64,000 nucleotides of DNA from contig JABAYF010000010.1 of the NCBI GenBank assembly GCA_018609125.1, positions 23,477-87,476 on the forward strand. Direction: 5' to 3'. Below the pieces are notes generated by a model, which did no database searches, was not told the DNA's origin, and saw only the letters and a list, made by a program, of their open reading frames with translations. The stretch's first letter is position 1. Each line of letters opens with the position of its first letter. Positions 42,467-51,103 of the stretch are shown piece by piece. Source of the DNA: Candidatus Nanopelagicales bacterium. Lineage in GTDB: Bacteria; Actinomycetota; Actinomycetes; S36-B12. The translations under genes and the position numbers were made by a program.

Positions 42467-42805
42467 ATGGACCGGGAGACAGTTGAAGAGATTCATCGCC
42501 TACACGCGCGACTGTGTCAGGCCATTGCCGATCCCAAGCGGCTGCTGTTGATCAGTGAGTTGCGCGCGGGTGCGATGAGTGTCGGTGATCTTGCCGCGTC
42601 TTTGGGGATCAGTCAGTCCAACTGTTCCCAGCATCTGGCCATATTGCGCGATCGCGGTGTGGTTGATTCCCGAAAGATCGGAACCACGGTGCAGTATTCG
42701 CTGCGCGGAACCAAGGTACTCGCCGCTATCGATCTGCTGCGTGATTTCATGTCTGAAGAAATGAGCAATCAGGCTGAGATCGGCCTTATCGCGCGCAGCG
42801 GTTAA
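42467..42805 (+). CDS. ArsR/SmtB-family repressor
   Basis: CQAIADPKRL, SVGDL, SQSNCSQHLAILR, VQYSL. Confidence 0.92.
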   Translation: MDRETVEEIHRLHARLCQAIADPKRLLLISELRAGAMSVGDLAASLGISQSNCSQHLAILRDRGVVDSRKIGTTVQYSLRGTKVLAAIDLLRDFMSEEMSNQAEIGLIARSG

Positions 42806-45516
42806 GCGGTCGAATGATACGACGTCAGCGATTGCAAAATTGCTGCCCGACCAGCTTCGAGCCGCGCAATGGGCACCCGAAAGGGTGAGCAGGAAACATA
42901 GTCGATGCCGACTGAGTGAAAGAAGTGGATTGAATCGGGGTCGCCGCCGTGTTCACCGCACACCCCGAGTTTGAGATCGGGACGTGTTGCGCGGCCTTTC
43001 TCCGCGGCAATGCGAATCAATTCTCCCACGCCATCAATATCGAGACTTTCAAACGGCGACACGTTGAAGATGCCCTTGTCTAAGTACTGGGCGAAGAAGG
43101 CGCCCTCAACGTCATCCCGAGAAAATCCCCACGCAGTTTGGGTGAGGTCATTCGTGCCGAAGGAGAAAAACTCCGCCGCCTCGGCAATACGTCGGGCGGT
43201 GAGGGCAGCTCGGGGGAGTTCGATCATCGTGCCGATGGGCATCGACAACTCAACGCCGTGGGCGACTGCGACCTCGTCAACGATGTGGCCTACCTCGTCA
43301 CGCACGAGGTGAAGCTCCATGACGGACCCCACCAGCGGAATCATGATTTCGACGTGAGGCGCGCCACCGTCAAGGCTGCGTTGCGCGGCTGCTTCAGCGA
43401 TGGCCCGAACCTGCAGGGCGTAAAGGCCGGGCATGACCAGGCCGAGTCGAACGCCACGCAGGCCTAGCATGGGGTTCGTTTCATGGAGGCGTTCTACCGC
43501 GCCGAGCAGGCGTAACTCTCGATCATCGGGCGTTCCACGTTCCGCAGCGAGGGCAACGCGCACCTTGAGTTCAGCGAGATCGGGCAGGAACTCGTGCAGC
43601 GGCGGATCAAGGAGGCGAATCGTGACGGGCAGGTCATCCATGGCCGCCAGCAAATCGATGAAATCTGCCCGCTGCAGTGGGAGCAGTTCGGCGAAGACGT
43701 CCTCACGCTCCTGCGCTGTTTCGGCGAGAACAAGCCGTTCGATCAAAATACGGCGGTCACCGAGAAACATATGTTCGGTGCGGCACAGGCCGATGCCCTC
43801 AGCACCCAGAGTGCGGGCGCGCACAGCATCGGGGGCGGTGTCTGCGTTGGTGCGCACATTCAAGCCGCGGACCGCGTCTGCGTGACGCAGAATTCGATCG
43901 ACAGAGGTAACCAGTTCGGTGATCTCGGTATCGGCGTCAGCCAGGGCGACATCAAGACCAGATTCCAGATATGTCACAACAGGTGATGCAACGACGGGCA
44001 CTTCACCAATGAATACCTGACCGGTGGAACCGTCCAGGGACAGCATCTGGCCTTCGATCACCACGTGACCACCGGCTGTCGCCTGACGACCGGATGGATC
44101 CACATCAAGTGCCTCCGCACCAACGATGCAGGTGGTGCCCATGCCACGTGCGACAACAGCGGCATGTGATGTTTTGCCACCGCGTGAGGTCAAAATGCCA
44201 ACGGCAGCAATCATTCCCTCCAGGTCATCGGGGTTCGTTTCGCGGCGAATCAGCACAACAGCTTCGCCGCGCGCTGCCCATTCGGTGGCGGTGGCCGAGT
44301 CGAAAACGGCGCGCCCAACGGCAGCACCCGGGCTGGCGGCGAGACCGGTGGTGAGGTCTTGGCGTGGGCTGCGCGGATCGAACTGCGGGAACATCAGTTT
44401 GGTTAGTTGCTCTCCGTTAACGCGGGCGAGTGCTTCATCCATGGTGATGAGGTGTTCATCCACCAGTTGAGTCGCGATCCGAAAAGCTGCGGCCGCGGTT
44501 CGTTTGCCGATGCGAGTTTGCAACATCCACAGGCGACCTCGTTCAACGGTGAACTCGATGTCACACAGATCCCGATAGTGGGTTTCCAGCCGCCGCATGA
44601 TCACTTGAAGTTCGGCGTAGGCACCGGGGTCAATTTCAGCCATCTCAGCCAGCGTGGCCGTGTTGCGAATGCCCGCGACCACGTCTTCGCCCTGGGCGTT
44701 GGTGAGATAGTCGCCGTAGGCTCCCACTTTGCCGGTGGCGGGATCTCGCGTAAAGGCCACGCCGGTGCCAGAATCTGCGCCCAGGTTGCCAAACACCATC
44801 GAGACGATATTCACCGCGGTGCCAAGGTCGTGGGGAATTCGTTCGCGGCGCCGGTACAGATTGGCCCGTGGGGTGTTCCATGACGAGAACACCGCGACGG
44901 TCGCCATGTCGAGTTGTTCACGCGGATCCTGGGGAAAGGGGCGGCCGGAGTGTTCCAAAACGATGGCCTTGTAAGTCTCCACCAACTCTTGCAAAGACTC
45001 AGTGGAAAGGTCTGCATCCAAGGTGACGCCCTGGGCTACCTTGGCCGCATCGAAGGCGGCCTCGAATGTGCCCGGTTCCACGTGAAGCACGGTGCGCCCG
45101 AACATGGAAATCAAGCGCCGGTAGGAATCCCAGGCGAAGCGGGCGTCACCGGTCGCTGCGGTCAGGCCCTCCACCGAGTAGTCGTTGAGTCCAACATTGA
45201 GAACAGTTTCCATCATGCCCGGCATTGAGAAACGAGCGCCGGAGCGAACACTGACCAGGAGAGGATCGGTCACATCGCCGAGTCGGCGGCCAAGTTCAAC
45301 TTCTAGGCGGCGCAGCGCCATGGTGACCTGTACGCGGAGGTCGTCTGGGACTTCGCCGCGACGTAAAAACTCTCGACAGGCCTCGGTGGTGATCGTAAAT
45401 CCCGGTGGCACCGGCAACCCGAGCCGGGTCATTTCGGCAAGGTTCGCGCCTTTGCCACCGAGCAGATCCGCATCTTCGCGGCCGCCCTCGCTGAAGTCAT
45501 AGACGTACTTGGTCAT
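42802..45516 (-). CDS. ppdK: Pyruvate, phosphate dikinase
   Basis: GGKGANL, SVRSG, GGKTSHAA, GLCRTEHM, SFGTNDL, CGEHGG. Confidence 0.97.
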   Translation of the reverse strand: MTKYVYDFSEGGREDADLLGGKGANLAEMTRLGLPVPPGFTITTEACREFLRRGEVPDDLRVQVTMALRRLEVELGRRLGDVTDPLLVSVRSGARFSMPGMMETVLNVGLNDYSVEGLTAATGDARFAWDSYRRLISMFGRTVLHVEPGTFEAAFDAAKVAQGVTLDADLSTESLQELVETYKAIVLEHSGRPFPQDPREQLDMATVAVFSSWNTPRANLYRRRERIPHDLGTAVNIVSMVFGNLGADSGTGVAFTRDPATGKVGAYGDYLTNAQGEDVVAGIRNTATLAEMAEIDPGAYAELQVIMRRLETHYRDLCDIEFTVERGRLWMLQTRIGKRTAAAAFRIATQLVDEHLITMDEALARVNGEQLTKLMFPQFDPRSPRQDLTTGLAASPGAAVGRAVFDSATATEWAARGEAVVLIRRETNPDDLEGMIAAVGILTSRGGKTSHAAVVARGMGTTCIVGAEALDVDPSGRQATAGGHVVIEGQMLSLDGSTGQVFIGEVPVVASPVVTYLESGLDVALADADTEITELVTSVDRILRHADAVRGLNVRTNADTAPDAVRARTLGAEGIGLCRTEHMFLGDRRILIERLVLAETAQEREDVFAELLPLQRADFIDLLAAMDDLPVTIRLLDPPLHEFLPDLAELKVRVALAAERGTPDDRELRLLGAVERLHETNPMLGLRGVRLGLVMPGLYALQVRAIAEAAAQRSLDGGAPHVEIMIPLVGSVMELHLVRDEVGHIVDEVAVAHGVELSMPIGTMIELPRAALTARRIAEAAEFFSFGTNDLTQTAWGFSRDDVEGAFFAQYLDKGIFNVSPFESLDIDGVGELIRIAAEKGRATRPDLKLGVCGEHGGDPDSIHFFHSVGIDYVSCSPFRVPIARLEAGRAAILQSLTSYHSTA

Positions 45517-45538
45517 GCCCGGACGTTACTGCAACGAA

Positions 45539-46240
45539 TCAGCAACGTGGATCCAGGCTGCCGTCCCGGATCGTGCGGACTTCGTCGGCGAGTTGTTCAG
45601 CTTCATCAGGGTCGTGCGTGACGTGAATCGCAGGGGTGCCCAGTAGCGTGAGCAATTCGCGGACGTCATGAACAAGCCGTTCGCGCAGGTCACGATCAAG
45701 GGCTCCGAAAGGTTCATCGAGACATAGCAGCCTGGGGCCCGGAGCCAACGCCCGTGCTAGTGCCACGCGCTGCGCCTCGCCACCGGACAGGGTGTCTACT
45801 CCGCGGCGAGAAAACCCCTCCAGACCGACGAGTTCAAGCAACTCCCCGACCCGTTGACGTGTGTTGGTCTTATCGCCGGATGTGAACCTGAGGCCGAAGG
45901 CAATGTTCGCGGCAACATTGAGGTGGGGAAATAGCAGAGCATCTTGGAAGACGAGTCCGAAGCCACGTCGATGTGTAGCAACACCGGTGATGTCGTGTCC
46001 ATCCCAGGAAATTGATCCCGATGTGAGCGGCTGCACGCCAACGATGCACCGAAGTAACGAACTCTTGCCGGAACCACTAGGGCCCAGCAGCGCCACGATG
46101 TGGCCCGGGGGAACGTCAAGGCGCACCTCATGAAGGAGCAGGCGACCTTCGTAGGTGATGGCGCCATCGAGCACTCGAAGTCCGGTCGCACCCGGTTGCT
46201 CAGACTGAGGAGCTGGCGTCAGGTCTTTCGGTGTGGTCAT
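45539..46240 (-). CDS. thiQ: Thiamine ABC transporter ATP-binding subunit
   Basis: GPSGSGKS, LSGGEAQR, LDEP; last gene of the TPP-riboswitch operon. Confidence 0.85.
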   Translation of the reverse strand: MTTPKDLTPAPQSEQPGATGLRVLDGAITYEGRLLLHEVRLDVPPGHIVALLGPSGSGKSSLLRCIVGVQPLTSGSISWDGHDITGVATHRRGFGLVFQDALLFPHLNVAANIAFGLRFTSGDKTNTRQRVGELLELVGLEGFSRRGVDTLSGGEAQRVALARALAPGPRLLCLDEPFGALDRDLRERLVHDVRELLTLLGTPAIHVTHDPDEAEQLADEVRTIRDGSLDPRC

Positions 46241-46247
46241 GACATCA

Positions 46248-47840
46248 TCACCAACCTGTGGATTTAGATGGGCGGGCTCGTTCGGCAACGCCCACGACCG
46301 TTGCGGTAACGATAACGAGAATGACTGAGAGTACGGCAGCCTGCCCGAGATTTGCTTCACCTGGACGTGACAGCAGTCGCACAATCTGAACGGGAACCGT
46401 GGGTGTATCTGCACGAGCAAGAAAGGCCGTTGCTCCGAACTCGCCCAGCGAGACTGCTGCTGACAGCGCCCCTGCTACCGCTGCAGCGCGAAGCGCCAGT
46501 GGCCCGTCCACGGTGAGCCAAACGCGGATGGGTCGAGCGCCAAGTGAGGCCGCTACGTCGCGAAGACGCGGGTCGATAGAGCGCAGCACCGGTAGGACGA
46601 CGCGCACCACGATCGGCATGGCGACCAGTGCCTGACCCAGGGGCACAAGGAGCCACCAGTCGCGTAGGTCCAGGGGCCCGCCGATGGAAAGCAGTAGCAG
46701 TCCAAGTCCGATGCTGACCGCGGAAATGCCAAGGGGCAGAGTCACTATGGTATCTAAAGTTGCCTGGCCTCGCTTAAGATGTGTCACTGAAATAGCGGCG
46801 AGCATGCCCAGCACAAGTGCGATCATCGTGGCCACCACTGCGTAGCGAGACGAGATCCATAGTGCTTCGGCAACCGGGGTGGCGCGGGTGGTGTTATCGC
46901 TGGGCGCGAAGGCTTCGGCATACCAGGTCAGACCCCAACTGTCGCCAACCTGCAGTGATGTCGCAACCAGCTGCGCAATGGGCAAGATGACAGCGACTGC
47001 AACGAATACGGCGATGCTGACAGCCAGATAATCACCCGTGCCTCGGGGCCTCTCCCTGCGCGACACGTCGGCCACGACACCGACCACGCTGAGTCGCTGC
47101 TGTAACCGTGAAGCCAGTCCCAACGTGAAGACCACAACGACAAGTTGCAAGATCGCCAAGGCCGCTGCAGCGTCGAGATCCAGGCGTTGGATTGCCCGCT
47201 GGTAGATCTCCACTTCGATCGTGGGTAGTGCTGGGTCACCTACCACGAGGACCACGCCGAATGAGGTGAAGGTAAACATGAAAACAAGCACGCTGGCGGC
47301 GGTAATCGCTGGGCGCAGGAGCGGCCAGGTAATGAGTCGAAAGCGGGCAAATGCACTGGCCCCCAGTGAGGCAGCAACCTCACCCAGTCGACCGTCTAGT
47401 TGCCCCCAGACGGCACCGATCACGCGAACCGCCAAACCCACATTGAAGAAAACGTGAGCCACGATGATCGCCCAGGTCGTGCCAGCGAAGGGGAGAAGTT
47501 CACGAAAGGCAAGGCCCACCACAACGGTAGGCAACACGAAAGGAATGGTGATCAGCGCGAGCCAGATGCGACGACCGGGGATGGAAAGTCGATAGAGCGC
47601 GAATGCCACCGGGAGAGCAAGGCCAATGCTTAACGCCGTGCTGACCAGTGCCTGAGCGGTGGTGTAGCCCATGACCCGCCAGGTCGAACCGGCCACCAGC
47701 GTGTCCCAAGACGCCGGTTGTAAGCCCTCGGTGAGCAGAGCCCAAAGTGGTGCCGCTATGAAGAGAGCGACAGCAGCAAGGGGCAGGAGCGCGAGGCCAA
47801 GTGGTCGTGCCGCCCTTAGCGCAGCACGATTTGAGTCCAC
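46248..47840 (-). CDS. thiP: Thiamine ABC transporter permease
   Basis: Two EAA-like loops (AASLGA), PFVLPTVV, SLGEFGAT. Confidence 0.88.
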   Translation of the reverse strand: MDSNRAALRAARPLGLALLPLAAVALFIAAPLWALLTEGLQPASWDTLVAGSTWRVMGYTTAQALVSTALSIGLALPVAFALYRLSIPGRRIWLALITIPFVLPTVVVGLAFRELLPFAGTTWAIIVAHVFFNVGLAVRVIGAVWGQLDGRLGEVAASLGASAFARFRLITWPLLRPAITAASVLVFMFTFTSFGVVLVVGDPALPTIEVEIYQRAIQRLDLDAAAALAILQLVVVVFTLGLASRLQQRLSVVGVVADVSRRERPRGTGDYLAVSIAVFVAVAVILPIAQLVATSLQVGDSWGLTWYAEAFAPSDNTTRATPVAEALWISSRYAVVATMIALVLGMLAAISVTHLKRGQATLDTIVTLPLGISAVSIGLGLLLLSIGGPLDLRDWWLLVPLGQALVAMPIVVRVVLPVLRSIDPRLRDVAASLGARPIRVWLTVDGPLALRAAAVAGALSAAVSLGEFGATAFLARADTPTVPVQIVRLLSRPGEANLGQAAVLSVILVIVTATVVGVAERARPSKSTGW

Positions 47841-48931
47841 TCCTCCACCCAGGTCTCCCGTTGCGCCGCAATGGTGGCGGGGTCAATCTCAAGCGGAGCG
47901 TCCACTCGCTTGGCGAAGTTGGTGAACACCGTGGGCAGCGCAACGCCTTCGCGGGCGGGGAAGACAAACATCGACAGCGGAAAGTCTTCCTGCACCGGCT
48001 CCGAAACAAGCCAATCCACGACGATTTTCGCTGCCTCTGCCACCGGTGTACCGCGCAAAACTCCGGCGAACTCGATCTGGCGGTAGCAACCATCGAGCAT
48101 CACCGATGTGCTCGGCCGCGTCGGTTTGGGGTCGGCCGCGTAGACGATCTCCGCCGGGGGGCTCGTGGCGTAGGAAACAACGATCGGCCTGTCTCCGGAG
48201 CCGCCACCTGCGCTGAACTGACCCTGGTAGGCCTCAGACCATCCGTTGACGACCTCGACACCATTGTCGCGCAGGTCCTGCCAGTAGGTGGGCCAGTCAT
48301 CTCCAAACCGGGCAACCGTCGCCATCAGGAAGGCCAGCCCGGGGGATGAGGTGGCTGGGTTTTGGACAACGAGCAGGTCGGCATAGGCGGGCTTGGTGAG
48401 GTCGGCCAATGTTGTGGGCGGCGCCACGTCATTGTCTGCAAACCATGCGTCGTCAAGATTGATACACACGTCACCATCGTCAACCGGGGTCACGACACCG
48501 AGACCGGCTTTGACCAGTTCTGGCCGTAGCGGTGCGTCGGCCACATAGGGATCGAACACGTCTGCATCAATCGCTCGAGACAGCAGGGTGGTGTCCACCC
48601 CGAAGAGAACATCGCCGTCCGGGTTGCCAGCGGCAAGCACCGCCCGATTAACGATCTCGCCGGCATCTCCGGCAGCGATGAGTTCAAGCACAATGTTGTT
48701 CTCTGCCTCGAAATCAGCGACGAGGGATTCGGTCAGGGCGAAGGAGTCGTGCGTGATGACACGCACCACAACGGGATCGCCGTTGGTGTCGACGGTGGTT
48801 GAAGTCTCACCGCCGGAAGTCCCACCACAGGCGGCCAAGACGAGGCCGGTGGTGAGTAGCCCCGTGGTGAGTGCAGTGAAGCGCGCCACCGCCGGAGCAG
48901 TGGAGCCCTGAGAAAAAAAGCGACGAAACAT
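47816..48931 (-). CDS. thiB: Thiamine ABC transporter substrate-binding lipoprotein
   Basis: Lipobox LAAC, THDSF, GDAG, NPATSSPG, VSYATSP, RQIEFAG. Confidence 0.92.
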   Translation of the reverse strand: MFRRFFSQGSTAPAVARFTALTTGLLTTGLVLAACGGTSGGETSTTVDTNGDPVVVRVITHDSFALTESLVADFEAENNIVLELIAAGDAGEIVNRAVLAAGNPDGDVLFGVDTTLLSRAIDADVFDPYVADAPLRPELVKAGLGVVTPVDDGDVCINLDDAWFADNDVAPPTTLADLTKPAYADLLVVQNPATSSPGLAFLMATVARFGDDWPTYWQDLRDNGVEVVNGWSEAYQGQFSAGGGSGDRPIVVSYATSPPAEIVYAADPKPTRPSTSVMLDGCYRQIEFAGVLRGTPVAEAAKIVVDWLVSEPVQEDFPLSMFVFPAREGVALPTVFTNFAKRVDAPLEIDPATIAAQRETWVEEWTQIVLR

Positions 48932-48937
48932 AAGAAG

Positions 48938-49030
48938 TCTCCCTCCGCTGGCATTACCCAGATCAGGTTGTAATGGGTCGGTGACGGCCGTCACCCTCTC
49001 AGCCCACTGATCCTGCGAGCTCCCCTGGTA
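48938..49030 (-). ncRNA. TPP riboswitch
   Basis: Minus strand GGGGAGC..GCTGAGAGG..GACCC..AACCTGATCTGGGTAATGCCAGCGGAGGGA directly upstream of thiB; the 3' strand overlaps the SD. Confidence 0.95.
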
Positions 49031-49101
49031 AAGCAACCCTAGCGCATTGGCTGGGGTGTGCTGGTTGTGCCGGAAAGTAGCGGTGATGCCACAGTGGGGG
49101 C

Positions 49102-49800
49102 ATGGGAGATCTCGCGGGAAAGTCAGTTTTGATTGTTGGCGCAACAGGTGGTCTTGGTCGACCCATCGCTCAGTTGCTCAAGGATGCTGGGGCAGTGCTG
49201 ACGATGACGGGCCGAGACGATGCCCGACTCGCGGCCTTGTCCCCGCTGGGTCGCACCGTTTTGATTGATGTTCGTCGCGCCGATGGCATTGCCACAGCGG
49301 TGAATACCGCGGTTGCTGAACGCGGTGGCCTTGACGGGGTAGTTTTTTGCGCGGGAGTGGTGGCTTTCGGTGCCGCTGTGGACACACCCGATGACGTGCT
49401 CATTGAACTGTTCACTACCAACACTTTGGCGCCCATCAGATTGATGAAGGCGGCGGCCGAGCAACTGCGTGAGTCGGCAAGTCAGGGCCGCGATCCGTTC
49501 CTGGTCAATGTCAGCGCCGTCGTTGCCGAGCAGCCGATGGCCGGCATGGCCGCCTACAGCGCGGCGAAGGCAGCGTTGATGGCCTACGACCATGCTGCAT
49601 CCCGCGAACTGCGACGAGGCGGGATCCGGCTGATCGATGCTCGTCCACCGCATACCGAAACTGGTCTGGCAGATCACCCCATTCATGGCGAAGCCCCCCG
49701 GTTACCCGAGGGGCTAACTGCCATGGCGGTGGCCGAGCGAATCGTGACCGCCATCACCGCTGGAGAGCGGGATCTGCCGAGTACGGCATTTACCGGTTAG
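49102..49800 (+). CDS. Short-chain dehydrogenase/reductase
   Basis: GATGGLG, YSAAK, RPPHTETGL. Confidence 0.9.
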   Translation: MGDLAGKSVLIVGATGGLGRPIAQLLKDAGAVLTMTGRDDARLAALSPLGRTVLIDVRRADGIATAVNTAVAERGGLDGVVFCAGVVAFGAAVDTPDDVLIELFTTNTLAPIRLMKAAAEQLRESASQGRDPFLVNVSAVVAEQPMAGMAAYSAAKAALMAYDHAASRELRRGGIRLIDARPPHTETGLADHPIHGEAPRLPEGLTAMAVAERIVTAITAGERDLPSTAFTG

Positions 49801-49859
49801 CTCAGCGTCGAGATATCCGGCGAAATAACTGACCGGGAATAACGCCCGGTCTGTTGCCA

Positions 49860-49979
49860 CTAACGCTTGGACTGCCAGGGACGATCGGCAAACGTCCAGG
49901 GTGTGGCCAATTCGGTGTTGTCGTAGCCGGGGGTCTCCCGTTCGAATAGGGACGCGAACACGGTCGCGAACTGCTTCAT
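49860..49979 (-). CDS. Putative 39-aa small protein (absent from ORF track)
   Basis: AAGGAG SD 9 nt before ATG; MKQFATVFASLFERETPGYDNTELATPWTFADRPWQSKR*; fills an otherwise empty 410-bp gap. Confidence 0.55.
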   Translation of the reverse strand: MKQFATVFASLFERETPGYDNTELATPWTFADRPWQSKR

Positions 49980-50210
49980 CTTTTCTCACTCCTTGACCCG
50001 TGTGATGGCGGGTCGTATCTGGCCGCCGGTGGGTGTACCGGTCTTAATTGAGCCATAACCAAGGGTGACCCACGCTGGTGTGGGGACCGTGATAGGGGGT
50101 CCAAGTCAGTGGCTTGGATCACTTTGTGAGCCTTCTGAGATCATTTTGCGACACACCGAGAAAGTGACCTCGGTGGGCATTGATAGGGGGTCTCAGGGTT
50201 CAATAGAAGG

Positions 50211-51005
50211 GTGATGTCGATCCATGCCTGGGGCTGGCGCCTGGCCGCGGTAGTGGGCGTGGGGCTCGGATTGCTGGCCTGGACGATCGCCATGGCTACC
50301 GGACCCGCCCAATCAGGGGGGCCGATTCTTCAACCTCAGAGCACCGATTCCGCCGTTGAGTCCGTGCCCGTAGAGCCCACCGCGACCATTGAAGATGTAG
50401 ATCTCTTCTCCTACCTGCCCCCGGAGGAACGGCCCCTCGCGGCGTTCTTGGGCGACTCGATCACGCGGGGAATGTCTGACACCGACCTAGGCATCGTGGA
50501 CGAGTACTCCTGGCTGCACGGGTTGTTGGATGACACCACGGGAAGTGTTCGGTTAGCTACTGTCACAGCAGGAAATGGCATGTCCACAGCCTGGATGGCC
50601 GGTCAAGTGTGGACCGCGATGTACCCCACGCCAGACCTGTTGATCGTTCACGGCGGCACCAATGATGTGTCCGGAGAAATAACCCCGCCGGTGGTCACCG
50701 GCAATCTTGAACGCATTCGATTAGCCGCCGAATCAGTCGGTGTACCCCTGTTTGTGTGCACGCTGCCACCTCGGGCAGAGCCCGAAGCTGATGCCCGGGT
50801 TGTGGCGGTGAATGCCGCGATTAAGGCGTGGGCTGCCATTCATGGAGTGACCGTGCTCGACACCGGCATGCCACTGCGCGATCCGGTGCTGGGCGGTTGG
50901 TTGCCCGGCTACACAACCGATGGATTGCACCCCACCCCGACCGCAGCCGCATTGATGTCTGAGGTCGCCGCCAAAACCTTGCGCCAGATACCCCTGGGGG
51001 TATAG
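50211..51005 (+). CDS. Secreted or anchored SGNH/GDSL hydrolase
   Basis: N-terminal hydrophobic segment; FLGDSIT, GGTND, DGLHP. Confidence 0.88.
   Translation: MMSIHAWGWRLAAVVGVGLGLLAWTIAMATGPAQSGGPILQPQSTDSAVESVPVEPTATIEDVDLFSYLPPEERPLAAFLGDSITRGMSDTDLGIVDEYSWLHGLLDDTTGSVRLATVTAGNGMSTAWMAGQVWTAMYPTPDLLIVHGGTNDVSGEITPPVVTGNLERIRLAAESVGVPLFVCTLPPRAEPEADARVVAVNAAIKAWAAIHGVTVLDTGMPLRDPVLGGWLPGYTTDGLHPTPTAAALMSEVAAKTLRQIPLGV
50988..51003. promoter_or_regulatory. CsoR/CstR-family operator-like palindrome
   Basis: ATACCCC-TG-GGGGTAT perfect inverted repeat, directly followed by TAGCCT (-10-like), about 100 bp upstream of the PDO-rhodanese gene. Confidence 0.7.
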
Positions 51006-51103
51006 CCTCTGGGTGGTTGGAGTGGTCGTCACCCCAACTGCATTGATTCGTCGACGTGCCTCGGACACCTCGTTGGCCGAGCGCTGCTGCAGCAGGAGAC
51101 ATC

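Noticed and set aside
48932-49144. N-terminal extension of thiB in the ORF track
   Set aside because: Overlaps the TPP riboswitch and the divergent SDR start
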